DNA of 48,768 nucleotides, from the NCBI GenBank assembly GCA_002685855.1, contig NYYS01000052.1:1-48768 (forward strand), read 5' to 3'. The position numbers and the translations under genes were made by a program. Every line of letters begins with the position of its first letter. The stretch's first letter is position 1. The DNA is from Candidatus Woesearchaeota archaeon (GTDB taxonomy: Archaea > Nanobdellota > Nanobdellia > Woesearchaeales > GCA-2685855). The notes below the pieces were generated by a model. That model saw only the letters and a program-made list of their open reading frames with translations. It was not told the DNA's origin and made no database searches. Below, in pieces: positions 40,921 through 48,768 of the stretch.

Positions 40921-41623
40921 TCTTGTATTCTTTGATTAATCTTCGGATAAGATCCAGATCTTGACCAGTAAAAAATAGGTCAGAAATCGTAGAACGCCTT
41001 CCCGGTGCGACGCCTCGCAATGCGTCCTGATCAAAGAGGAAAAGTCTTTGAACATCGATTGCATAGGTCGGTTCCCTTGAAATACTTTTTAAATAGTTTA
41101 TGTGGCTTGTATTAAATTCAAATATTGTGTCTGGTTCTTCAGGAACATATCATAGATAATGGGGATGATCATTAATAATTTGTGGGTCGGGAAAGAGGTG
41201 CAGGGCAAGAAGGGCCTCTTTTGTTGTTTTCAGAAAATCTATTGTAGGTTGAAGTCGATGATCATGATAGTGTTCATCGAGACCTACCACATGGATTCTT
41301 CTTCGATTAACATTCAATCCATAGAGTGTATTTTTTTCAAGGAGTTCGTCCAGCAGGTAGTCACCCCAGTATGTTCTAAGATTCGGATCATCCCGAACCA
41401 TCATGTGGTCGTTGAACCAGACCGGTCCCTGTCCTGAGGTGTACAGTCTGTTATCAATATTGTTTCCAAGAAGGTGTAATAGAGGTTTGACTCCCATCTC
41501 TGGAGGGGTGTGTGGGGAATATATAGGTTTTTCTGTTCTGTTTAAAAAAGAGTCTAGAATTGAACGAGTCGGATCCCAGGAACTTTTTTGAAATGTTTTG
41601 TGTTCAGGGTAGCAAGTGCGCAA
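40865..41623 (-). pseudogene. Hypothetical gene interrupted by an in-frame TGA (41150-41152); candidate pseudogene or recoding site
   Basis: The 157-codon ORF 41150-41623 (TTG start, overlapping vapC) stops at TGA. The same frame stays open for 94 further codons (YVPEEPDTIFEFNTSH...DLFFTGQDLDLIRRLIKEYK...) until TAA at 40865-40867. Confidence 0.45.
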
Positions 41624-41931
41624 TTATTTGTTATTGCTGTAGCTGCAATGAATAGGTCACGGATGTCTACTGATTCTCCTTTTGATTGAAGCTCTTTCAA
41701 GAGTTCTGCTGCTTTTCTGGCACAGGTATCTGTAAAGGGCAGAATGTTAAGATCACGAATAAATCTTTCAACAGGCTCGATGTTGTGTTTACGTAACAAG
41801 AGTTCAAACTGCGAAATAGTAGATATATATGCTTCACTTTCTCCTACGAGATTGATGAAGGTTATACCTTTTTCTGTTTTCTTGATTATCTCAATAGATA
41901 TATCAGAATCTAAACATACTTTTTTTTCCAT
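41554..41931 (-). CDS. vapC: PIN-domain toxin (VapC family)
   Basis: 125 aa. [11 protein letters not shown] near the N-terminus supplies the first acidic residues. [15 protein letters not shown] and [12 protein letters not shown] fit the PIN acidic quartet layout. Confidence 0.85.
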   Translation of the reverse strand: MEKKVCLDSDISIEIIKKTEKGITFINLVGESEAYISTISQFELLLRKHNIEPVERFIRDLNILPFTDTCARKAAELLKELQSKGESVDIRDLFIAATAITNNCALATLNTKHFKKVPGIRLVQF

Positions 41932-42143
41932 TTGGTGTATAACGGTTTAAGCTCCTTTATGGCTTCTTCAAATTCGGTGTCATCTTTAGGTAAAGTTCCC
42001 AAATGTTTTTTAAGATTATTTACTGTTTTGGGGGTTCTTCCATTCTTAATTAGCTCGCGAATGAGTTCTGAAAAGCTTTTATCCTCTTTTAGTTCCTTTA
42101 GCTCTTTGTAGGTATCGTTTGCGATCATAATAGTCTTTGCCAT
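41910..42143 (-). CDS. vapB: VapB-type antitoxin (DUF217-like)
   Basis: [32 protein letters not shown] matches the archaeal putative-antitoxin pattern (KTI-I-dd-Y-L---K---SFS--I--L). It overlaps vapC by 22 nt. CATTTATATATA lies about 25 nt upstream of ATG 42143. The track start 42164 is probably too long. Confidence 0.75.
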   Translation of the reverse strand: MAKTIMIANDTYKELKELKEDKSFSELIRELIKNGRTPKTVNNLKKHLGTLPKDDTEFEEAIKELKPLYTKWKKKYV

Positions 42144-42261
42144 GATCTGTGTATGTATATACATATATATAAATGTTGTGGTTGAAAAGGGAAGAAAGCT
42201 ATCCCCCTTTTAAAACCTAAACCGCAACCTAAATCATACGCTAAACCACAATATTTATAAG

Positions 42262-42271
42262 TGTGATCACA
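42262..42271. promoter_or_regulatory. Perfect 10-bp palindrome TGTGATCACA between the TATA box and the RHH start: candidate operator
   Basis: The TATA-like ATATTTATAAG (42251-42261) is followed immediately by TGTGATCACA, 17 nt before ATG 42288. Confidence 0.4.
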
Positions 42272-42287
42272 TTACACTTGTAATACG

Positions 42288-42548
42288 ATGGCGATGGATC
42301 TTGTTCAGGTACGGCTTCCAAAAGGGTTAATCAAAGATATTGATGGAGAGGTAGCTTCAGGAAGATATATGAATAGATCTGATGTTATTCGAGATGCATT
42401 ACGGCTTATGACCTTGCGTAAAATGGTGGGTGTTCTCCCCAACAAAGGAGATTCAGTCAAGGAGGTTCAAGAAATCAGAGAGAAATTGGCCAGAAATATA
42501 AAAAGTTTCAAAGATGTTCAGGAAATCAATACCTTAGCAAACGAATGA
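42288..42548 (+). CDS. Ribbon-helix-helix (CopG/Arc-like) DNA-binding protein, putative antitoxin/repressor
   Basis: VQVRLPKGLIKDIDGEVASGRYMNRSDVIRDALRLM is a typical RHH beta-strand and helix pattern. Confidence 0.8.
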   Translation: MAMDLVQVRLPKGLIKDIDGEVASGRYMNRSDVIRDALRLMTLRKMVGVLPNKGDSVKEVQEIREKLARNIKSFKDVQEINTLANE

Positions 42549-42965
42549 CTCTGGCTTTTTCACTTCAATATATCTTCTTGCTATCTCAATTAACTTTTTA
42601 TCTCTTGTTATCAACACAGCATTCTTTCTTTTTGCGATAGCAATATGTAAACAATCACAAAAACCAATGCAATAAGAATGCTTTTTCTCTAAGATACGCG
42701 CGAAGTCATAATCTTCTCTCTTGGTTTTCTCTAAATAGATAGGAATTTGTTTAAATAAGCGTTGTATATCTCGAAAGTTTTTCCCAACTTTATATTCCAG
42801 TTCCTTTAAAATTATGGTGGACGCCATGATCTCATAGTGAGAAGAAAAAGCGCTGTGTATAGCCGTTTGTGCAGATTTCCAGAAAGGAATAGCTCTTGAA
42901 GGTCCAATCTCCTTCTTAAAAATATTTAACCAAATGCAGGTATCAACATAACAGATTTTCTTCAT
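42534..42965 (-). CDS. PIN-domain protein (VapC-like), convergent with the RHH gene
   Basis: 143 aa. ICYVDTCIWLNIF supplies the N-terminal Asp. ILKELEYK, CLHIAIAKRKNAVLITRDKKL carries the C-terminal TRD motif. The 3' ends overlap by 15 nt with 42288-42548. Confidence 0.75.
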   Translation of the reverse strand: MKKICYVDTCIWLNIFKKEIGPSRAIPFWKSAQTAIHSAFSSHYEIMASTIILKELEYKVGKNFRDIQRLFKQIPIYLEKTKREDYDFARILEKKHSYCIGFCDCLHIAIAKRKNAVLITRDKKLIEIARRYIEVKKPESFVC

Positions 42966-43087
42966 AGAATTTTCAATGGTGCCTACCTAATAAGTGTACA
43001 CCTCCTATTTTCGAAAGATCGTCGGAAAAACTGTGTTTTTTCCAGAGGTCTCCTGGTTTTTAAAGATCATCCACACCTAAAAAGAAT

Positions 43088-43990
43088 CTACATAGCCCTC
43101 AGTCGTTTAATCCGTTCATCAATAGGAGGATGGGTGGCGAACAAGGAGTTGGTCCAACCCTTAGCATTTCTGAGGGGGTTCTCTATATAGAGGTGGGCGG
43201 TTGCTTTGTTTGCTGTGTCTACAACTTTGTCGTGGTCGTTTTTTATGTTTTCGAGTGCGTCGGCAAGGCCGAAGGGGTAGCGGGTGAGTTTTGCTCCGGT
43301 TGCGTCAGCAAGGTATTCTCTTTTACGGGAGACTGCAAAGCGGATGAGTTGTGCAATAAAGGGTGCGAGGATTGCGAGGGCGATTGCTATAACTATTAGG
43401 ATAAGTTGACCTCCGCCGCCTTCTCTTCTTCTGCCTCCGCCCCAAAGAAAGCTGTGGAGCATGAAGTCTGATAATAGGGCGACTATTCCGATGAGGATGG
43501 TGACGAGCATCATGTAGCGGATGTCGTAGTTGAGGATGTGTCCTATTTCATGTGCTAGTACGCCTTCGAGTTCCTGGCGTTTGAGGCGTTCGCGTGCTCC
43601 TGTTGTTATGGTTACTGCTGCGTTTTCAGGGTTGCGTCCGGTTGCGAATGCGTTGATGCTTGTTTCTTTGATGAGGTAGACCTTGGGCATGGGGATGCCT
43701 GCTGCAAGGGAGAGTCCTTCAACCGTGTTCCAGAGAAAGGGGTCGTCCTTTTTTTTGATCTCTTTGGCTTTTGAGAGGGAAAGGATCATCCTGTTGCCTG
43801 ACATAAAGCCGATGGCTGTGAAGACGACGGCAAAGATGAATGCGAGGCTCATGCCGAAGATGGGGCTGCCAAAGAAGACGGCTCCGAAGACCCAGCCGAG
43901 CAGGATGATAAAGAGACAGAATCCAGCTATTAATATATAGGTCTTCAGATTATTCCAAAAGATGTGTTCGTAAAAGTCCTTTTTTTCCAT
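43088..43990 (-). CDS. htpX: HtpX-family M48 zinc metalloprotease
   Basis: 300 aa with TM helices, the HEIGHILNYD HExxH motif and a downstream EYLAD glutamate. Confidence 0.92.
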   Translation of the reverse strand: MEKKDFYEHIFWNNLKTYILIAGFCLFIILLGWVFGAVFFGSPIFGMSLAFIFAVVFTAIGFMSGNRMILSLSKAKEIKKKDDPFLWNTVEGLSLAAGIPMPKVYLIKETSINAFATGRNPENAAVTITTGARERLKRQELEGVLAHEIGHILNYDIRYMMLVTILIGIVALLSDFMLHSFLWGGGRRREGGGGQLILIVIAIALAILAPFIAQLIRFAVSRKREYLADATGAKLTRYPFGLADALENIKNDHDKVVDTANKATAHLYIENPLRNAKGWTNSLFATHPPIDERIKRLRAM

Positions 43991-43991
43991 C

Positions 43992-44546
43992 CTAGAACTC
44001 TACTTTTACGGGTTCTTTTTCTGCTCCTTTTGCTTCGAACATCTCTTTTTCTATGAAGCTGAATATTTTTGCAAAGATGTTGCCAGGGAACTGTTCGATA
44101 CCGTTGTTGTATTTTAGGACTGAGTCGTTGTAGAACTGTCGGGAGTAGGAGATCTTGTTCTCTGTGCCGGTGAGTTCTTCCTGGAGCTGCATGAAGTTTT
44201 GGTTTGCTTTGAGGTCGGGGTAGGCTTCTGCTACGGCGAATATTGATTTTAATGCGTCGGTGAGCATGTTGTTGGCTTCTGCCTTTGTGCCCATTCCTGT
44301 GGCTCCTTTCATGAGGTTGCGGGCCTCTGTGACAAGTTTAAAGGTGTCTTTTTCGTGCTTTGCATATCCTTTAACTGTGCTGACGAGGTTGGGGATGAGG
44401 TCGAATCTTCTTTTAAGCTGGACGTCGATCTGTCCCTGTGCATTGTCGATGCGGTTTTGTAATACGATGAAGCGGTTGTATTTGTATATGACGTAGACTA
44501 CGATGACGACGAGAATAATACTTAGTATCCATAGTAAGGAAAGCAT
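43992..44546 (-). CDS. lemA: LemA family protein
   Basis: An N-terminal TM is followed by YNRFIVLQNRIDNAQGQIDVQLKRRFDLIPNLV...AYPDLKANQNF..., the LemA signature. It is adjacent to htpX, as is commonly seen. Confidence 0.92.
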   Translation of the reverse strand: MLSLLWILSIILVVIVVYVIYKYNRFIVLQNRIDNAQGQIDVQLKRRFDLIPNLVSTVKGYAKHEKDTFKLVTEARNLMKGATGMGTKAEANNMLTDALKSIFAVAEAYPDLKANQNFMQLQEELTGTENKISYSRQFYNDSVLKYNNGIEQFPGNIFAKIFSFIEKEMFEAKGAEKEPVKVEF

Positions 44547-44831
44547 CTTATATCACCCTATGAAGAGGAGGTTTGATTGTTTATAAATGTTGTGGGGGAG
44601 AAGTTCGGAAATGCTTATATTCTGCAGAGGATTCCACTCTGAATGGCATTACTCTTAGGAAGTCCAAAGGATGTAAAAAGTGTTGATAGAGGAGGGGGCA
44701 GAATAAAGCGGATGATGGGAAGGACTGTGGAAACAGGTACACGATTAAAAAGAGAATAATTCTCATTTTCTCGAAAATATTTCGATATAGGAAAAGGTAG
44801 ACATAATAACTTGTTTAGGGTTTGATGATTT

Positions 44832-45086
44832 ATGTATGCTCTGACTTTTGATCCTAAGGCAATCTCATTTCTTGATAAGCTTCCTCTTTCAATTAAACAT
44901 AGAATTTTTACAAAAATTGAAGAGGCGCAAACGTCTCCTTTTCATTATTTTGAGCGTCTTACTCAAATAAACTCGTTTAAGTTACGAATTGGTGAATATA
45001 GGGTTATTGCAGACATCAGCCAAAAAGAAAAAACCATATCTGTTCAACTCATCGGACATCGGAAAAATGTGTATCAGAAGTTATAG
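44832..45086 (+). CDS. relE: RelE/ParE-family toxin
   Basis: 84 aa. FDPKAISFLDKLPLSIKHRIFTKIEE...FKLRIGEYRVIADISQKEKTISVQLIGHRKNVY is the classic RelE/StbE pattern. Confidence 0.88.
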   Translation: MYALTFDPKAISFLDKLPLSIKHRIFTKIEEAQTSPFHYFERLTQINSFKLRIGEYRVIADISQKEKTISVQLIGHRKNVYQKL

Positions 45087-45134
45087 CTTATAAAACGACA
45101 GATTTAAATATACCAAAGTATACCTGAGTATAAC

Positions 45135-45377
45135 ATGAAGATGGCTACAACGATTAAAATATATCCACAAACAAAAAAAGAGCTTGATCAGTTTAGAGAA
45201 TATAAAAATGAAAGCTATGAAGAGGTTATTAAAAAGGTGATCTTTATTGCTAAAAAGGTAAAGATAGAACCTAAACTTAGTCTGGAAACAGTACGCGCGA
45301 TTGAAGAGGCGCGTGAACGGATGAAAAAAGGCAATTTTCTAACAAAGGAGGAAGCCAAAAAGAGATTGGGGTTGTAA
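45135..45377 (+). CDS. Putative antitoxin (DUF217/RelB-like)
   Basis: 80 aa. The N-terminus TIKIYPQTKKELDQFREYKNESYEEVIKKVI resembles the vapB at 41910. The C-terminus LSLETVRAIEEARERMKKGNFLTKEEAKKRLGL resembles archaeal RelB tails. It lies downstream of relE. Confidence 0.65.
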   Translation: MKMATTIKIYPQTKKELDQFREYKNESYEEVIKKVIFIAKKVKIEPKLSLETVRAIEEARERMKKGNFLTKEEAKKRLGL

Positions 45378-45381
45378 CATT

Positions 45382-45927
45382 TTATTCAAATTCCGGATTA
45401 ATTAGGGCATAGAGGTTGGCATCGAGATGTTTCCCTTCTTTACCTATTGCCTTTCTGAGAATACCTTCTTTTTTGAAGCCGGCTTTTTCAAGGACTCTGC
45501 TGGATGCAGGGTTGTTGAGGAAGGTGTATGCATAGATGCGTATAAGGTTGAGGTTGGTGAATGCGTATGTTGTAATTGCTTTGGCTGCTTCCGTCATGTG
45601 ACCATTTCCCCAGCGAGGTTGGGCGAGCCAGTAGCCGAGTTCTGCTGATCTGTCTTTTTGGTTAAGATGGTCGAGAGATATTGCGCCTTCTACTCCTTTT
45701 CCGAAGTCGAATATAAAGTGGATTTCGTTTTTTAGTTCTGGATTTGTTACTCGGGCAACCCATTCCTTGGCGTGCTTTTCTGTATAGGGGAAGGGTACGC
45801 GGGTTAACGTTTTTGCAACGTCTGGATTATTGATGTTTTTTTGTAAGGTGGCTTCATCTCCTTTTTGAAATGGACGAAGAGTGAAATGTTCTGTTTGAAT
45901 GGTTTTGTCTTTTTTTTCTGGTGTCAT
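45382..45927 (-). CDS. GNAT family N-acetyltransferase (RimJ/RimL-like)
   Basis: FTLRPFQKGDEATL..., ELGYWLAQPRWGNGHMTEAAKAI..., NNPASSRVLEKAGFKKEGILRK are GNAT motifs A and B. Confidence 0.88.
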   Translation of the reverse strand: MTPEKKDKTIQTEHFTLRPFQKGDEATLQKNINNPDVAKTLTRVPFPYTEKHAKEWVARVTNPELKNEIHFIFDFGKGVEGAISLDHLNQKDRSAELGYWLAQPRWGNGHMTEAAKAITTYAFTNLNLIRIYAYTFLNNPASSRVLEKAGFKKEGILRKAIGKEGKHLDANLYALINPEFE

Positions 45928-45928
45928 C

Positions 45929-48142
45929 TTATTCCTCCTTTCTTATTATTGGTTCATCCTTGTATTGTGTGTCCACAACCTCTTTTATGCGTTTTGCTTT
46001 TAGTTCTCCGATGAGTTCAACTTTTTTGAGGTCTTCTTCTGTAGCAGTGATGATGTTTTTTACTGAGTTAAACTGTTGGAGGAGGGGTTTTGAAAGGGTT
46101 GCTCCGATGCCTGGGAGTGCGCTGATGAGGAATTCTTGTTGTTCTTTTAGTGAGAGGGGTTTTGTTGTGTGGAAGGTGAACTCTTTTTTTTCATCTGTTT
46201 GTTCTCGTTTTGCTATGGATGCAAGAAGGTAGGCGGTATCACGTGGTGATTGAGAATAGATGATGGGTATTTTGTAGGAGACTGCGATTGTTGCGAGCAT
46301 GCCGCGGATTGCGTTGGGATGGATCTTTCTTTGGGCATAGATATCTTCTGTTCCTTCGAGGATGATTACGGGTTTGGTGTAGGATGTTAATGATTTTAGT
46401 TGGTTGAGGAGTCTTTTGTCGATGATGCTGTCTACAAAGTCAGGGATTCGTTTGAGTTCGACTACGACGTCTTTGCTTAAGAGGAAATCTCCGACCGCGA
46501 GTTGTTTCAAATCTATGTTTGCTCCCATCTGGATGAGTTCTTTTATTGTTCCGGATGCTTTTTCTCTATAGTCTGCGACGATGGATAAGGCTTCTGCTCC
46601 TGTAAAGGGTTCCAGGGTTTGTTGAACGGGTTGTTTGGACAGGAACTTTTTTTTGAGTTCTTTGAGGATGTTGTTCATGCGTTTTTCTTTGTAGTGTGCG
46701 CTCCAGCGGTAGGCTTCGTCGCGTGTTGCTTTTGCCATGAGGACATAGACTTTTCCTTCTCTGTGGCGTCCGGTTCTTCCTCTTCTTTGGACAGTGCGGA
46801 TTGCGCTGGGGATCGGTTCATAAAAGAGAACAGCGTCTACTTCAGGTATGTCGAGTCCTTCTTCTGCAACAGAAGTTGCGATTAGTACTGAGAATTCTCC
46901 TGCTTTGAAGCGATCTAATACTTTTTTTTGTTCTTTTTGTGAAAGGCCGGATCCTCGTTTCTTCATCTGGCCGACAAATACTTCAGAATTGATATTTTTT
47001 TTGTGGAGGAATTCTTTAATCTGTTCTCCTGTGTCACGGTATTGAGAGAATACGAGAATTTTTATATTTTTTTGGAGTTCTTCTTCTATGAGCTCTGCGA
47101 TTTTTGGGAGTTTGGGGTGTTCGATTCCTTTTTTGATAAGTGATTGTGTGAGTATTGTTGCTGAGCGGAAGTTGAGGTCGCGTACAAGGTTCTGTATTGC
47201 TTTTACTTTTGATGAGAGTGCTTCTTGCTGGAGCTTGTCGAGGTAGTGGTTGAGTGCCATTGCTCCTTGTGTTTCTACAAGTTCGAGTGCGTGTGAAACT
47301 TTTAGTGCTTCTGCAACAAGGGAGACGGATTTTAGGAGGTTGAAATCGTGTTCTCCTTGGGATATTTTTCCATGGAGGCCGCCTTGCAACGCGAGCAAGG
47401 TTGATTTATTGTAGGTGGATAGCTCGCCGTACATGTAACCAAAGCGTTTGACTTGTTCGAGTTTGGAAAAGTAGCAGTCTTCGAGGAATTTTTTTATTTT
47501 GAGAAAGGGTTCGGGAAGGTCGAGTTTTATCCATTCGATGTTTGTGTCCTGGATGTATTCTTTGACGTCGGGGTCGGAGTCGGTTCGTACTTCGAGGTTT
47601 TCGACGTAGAGGTTTTTGCAGACATTTTCTATTGTTTCGAGGTCTGATCCGGGGGACGCGGTCATGCCGACGATGCGTTCGCAGGATGCTTGTTTATGGT
47701 ACTGTTTTGCGATCCAGACGTAGCTGTATTCTTTTACTGCGCGGTGTGCTTCGTCGAATCCTAGGAGGGATACCTTGTCGAGGGTTACTCGTTTTGTGAT
47801 GATGTCGTTTTCTAGTCCTTGTGGTGTTGAGAAGATTAGTTGGGATGTTTTCCAGAGCTCGGCACGTTTTTCGGGTTTGACGTGGCCGGTGAAGATGGCC
47901 ATCTTTTCTGGGGGGATGTCTGAACATTTTTCAAAGACGTCTTTGTATTGGTCGATGAGGGGTCTTGTAGGTCCGAGAAGAAGGATCTTTGATTCGGGGT
48001 AGAGTTTTAGGCGGTGTGCGGCGAGCATGAGAAAGATGTTTGTTTTTCCGAGTCCTGTGGGAAGAACGACCAGGCTATTTGTTTGTGAGGCTGAGGCAAA
48101 TATTGTTTCCTGATAGAGCCTTGGCTCAAAGTTGATACGCAT
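45929..48142 (-). CDS. hef: Hef-type helicase-nuclease (SF2 helicase, ERCC4 nuclease and HhH2 domains)
   Basis: 737 aa. Helicase motifs are LPTGLGKT, FDEAHRA, MTASPG and QRRGRTGR. The ERCC4 domain carries VADYREKAS...VGDFLLS...VELKR. The C-terminal HhH2 is LPGIGATLSKPLL...ELIGELKAKRI. Confidence 0.9.
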   Translation of the reverse strand: MRINFEPRLYQETIFASASQTNSLVVLPTGLGKTNIFLMLAAHRLKLYPESKILLLGPTRPLIDQYKDVFEKCSDIPPEKMAIFTGHVKPEKRAELWKTSQLIFSTPQGLENDIITKRVTLDKVSLLGFDEAHRAVKEYSYVWIAKQYHKQASCERIVGMTASPGSDLETIENVCKNLYVENLEVRTDSDPDVKEYIQDTNIEWIKLDLPEPFLKIKKFLEDCYFSKLEQVKRFGYMYGELSTYNKSTLLALQGGLHGKISQGEHDFNLLKSVSLVAEALKVSHALELVETQGAMALNHYLDKLQQEALSSKVKAIQNLVRDLNFRSATILTQSLIKKGIEHPKLPKIAELIEEELQKNIKILVFSQYRDTGEQIKEFLHKKNINSEVFVGQMKKRGSGLSQKEQKKVLDRFKAGEFSVLIATSVAEEGLDIPEVDAVLFYEPIPSAIRTVQRRGRTGRHREGKVYVLMAKATRDEAYRWSAHYKEKRMNNILKELKKKFLSKQPVQQTLEPFTGAEALSIVADYREKASGTIKELIQMGANIDLKQLAVGDFLLSKDVVVELKRIPDFVDSIIDKRLLNQLKSLTSYTKPVIILEGTEDIYAQRKIHPNAIRGMLATIAVSYKIPIIYSQSPRDTAYLLASIAKREQTDEKKEFTFHTTKPLSLKEQQEFLISALPGIGATLSKPLLQQFNSVKNIITATEEDLKKVELIGELKAKRIKEVVDTQYKDEPIIRKEE

Positions 48143-48229
48143 GAGTCAAGGATGAAGGGGTAGTATAAAAAGAAGGTGGTAGAAAAAAAAATAAACCATA
48201 ACTCTTCTCAGAATTATGGTGGGAAGATC

Positions 48230-48481
48230 TTATTTTCTTCGTTTGGCTTTCTTCCGTCCTCGGGCCATCTTTGACCTTGAAACATCACCGTCTTTGTCGA
48301 TAAAGTAGAGAAATCCTGCTTCTTTCTCGACGCCAACCTTTGCTGCCTTTTCCTTTTTAGCGCGTCCTTTCTTGCTTCGGCCGCGGGCCATTTCAACGCA
48401 AGAGATGTCTCCTTTCTTATCAAGGAAATAGAGATATCCCTTTTTTTTCTTTACTCCTACCTTTGCAACTTTTTGTGCCAT
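48230..48481 (-). CDS. Small, highly basic tandem-repeat protein (2 x ~40 aa), putative nucleic-acid binding
   Basis: 83 aa. The repeats are AKVGVKKKKGYLYFLDKKGDISCVEMARGR and AKVGVEKEAGFLYFIDKDGDVSRSKMARGR. I count 21 K and 8 R. GAGGTGG lies upstream of the ATG. Confidence 0.7.
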   Translation of the reverse strand: MAQKVAKVGVKKKKGYLYFLDKKGDISCVEMARGRSKKGRAKKEKAAKVGVEKEAGFLYFIDKDGDVSRSKMARGRKKAKRRK

Positions 48482-48588
48482 TCCGATTCCACCTCGTTCA
48501 TTATGTATTCCCTAACCCCAAATATAAGGATTATGGGCCTTTTATTGACGAGGAAGTATATAAAGTTTGCGCTTTTCTCGTCGGAAAA

Positions 48589-48768
48589 TCAGTTTTTGTA
48601 GGTGGCGTCTGTCTTTTGCTCATCCTTGTTGAGCCCTTGTTTTGCTGCATCAAACTTCTTCTGGAGGTAGTCTTTCATGCCCGGGACTGCTCTGATAGCG
48701 ACAGGTGTTAGACTTGCCAGGCGGACTGCTGCTCCTCCTACGAGGAATGTTGCTCCGGTGACTGTCCA
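48589..48768 (-). CDS. 3' end of an unidentified gene (5' part outside the window)
   Basis: The minus-strand frame is open from the window edge (WTVTGATFLVGGAAVRLASLTPVAIRAVPGMKDYLQKKFDAAKQGLNKDEQKTDATYKN) to TGA at 48589-48591. It is not in the ORF track because it lacks a start. Confidence 0.35.
   Translation of the reverse strand, partial: WTVTGATFLVGGAAVRLASLTPVAIRAVPGMKDYLQKKFDAAKQGLNKDEQKTDATYKN

Noticed and set aside
41150-41152. Genome-wide reassignment of TGA (for example to Gly or Trp) as the explanation for the read-through frame
   Set aside because: TGA terminates well-conserved genes in this same window at the expected positions: the L30 stop at 26240-26242, the 4840-4842 stop with ATGA coupling, and the 22647-22649 stop. 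The standard code therefore applies.
44581-44766. 61-aa minus-strand ORF between lemA and relE
   Set aside because: It has no ribosome-binding site or promoter in register. The translation is low-complexity and hydrophobic. The region is better explained as the lemA promoter (CATTTATAAAC plus GGGTGAT) and the relE upstream region.

Overview
Archaeal chromosomal segment. The evidence is archaeal/eukaryotic-type ribosomal proteins, Pelota, a PriS-type primase, Hef, TATA-box promoters about 25 nt upstream of first-gene start codons, and GGAGG/GAGGT/GGTGA Shine-Dalgarno motifs before internal operon genes. A small-genome, DPANN-like organism is my inference, not something the sequence shows directly.

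The core is the complete minus-strand ribosomal supercluster L3-L4-L23-L2-S19-L22-S3-L29-SUI1-Rpp29-S17-L14-L24-S4e-L5-S14-S8-L6-L32e-L19e-L18-S5-L30-L15-SecY (24347-38597). DUF106/YidC-like, L34e and L14e follow further downstream (17555-19254).

Other housekeeping genes:
- RFC small subunit (partial), Pelota, and an Arm/Rmt-type 16S rRNA methyltransferase homolog
- a TrmB regulator, a MazG-like protein, and PheRS alpha and beta
- a fused PriS-PriL(CTD) primase with a divergent small Toprim protein
- LemA-HtpX, a GNAT acetyltransferase, and Hef

Four toxin-antitoxin-type modules are present: HicBA, VapBC, an RHH gene convergent with a PIN gene, and RelE with an antitoxin.

The most unusual content:
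1. A six-gene envelope operon (393-8858). It carries four paralogous copies of an unrecognised ~300-aa module, three of them on lipobox proteins, led by a pilin-like anchored protein.
2. A secreted-protein island (19318-24149) inserted between secY and the DUF106 gene. It carries a repeated six-cysteine CxD[TS]DGG domain and a membrane-tethered wHTH regulator. An imperfect ~45-bp duplication containing the secY 3' end lies at its secY-proximal edge.
3. Two sets of five GTCTCAG iterons, one with a strict 11-bp period, upstream of a coiled-coil wHTH gene.
4. Long K/E-rich tails on at least six ribosomal proteins.

All calls come from reading translations and sequence by eye. No database search was run.
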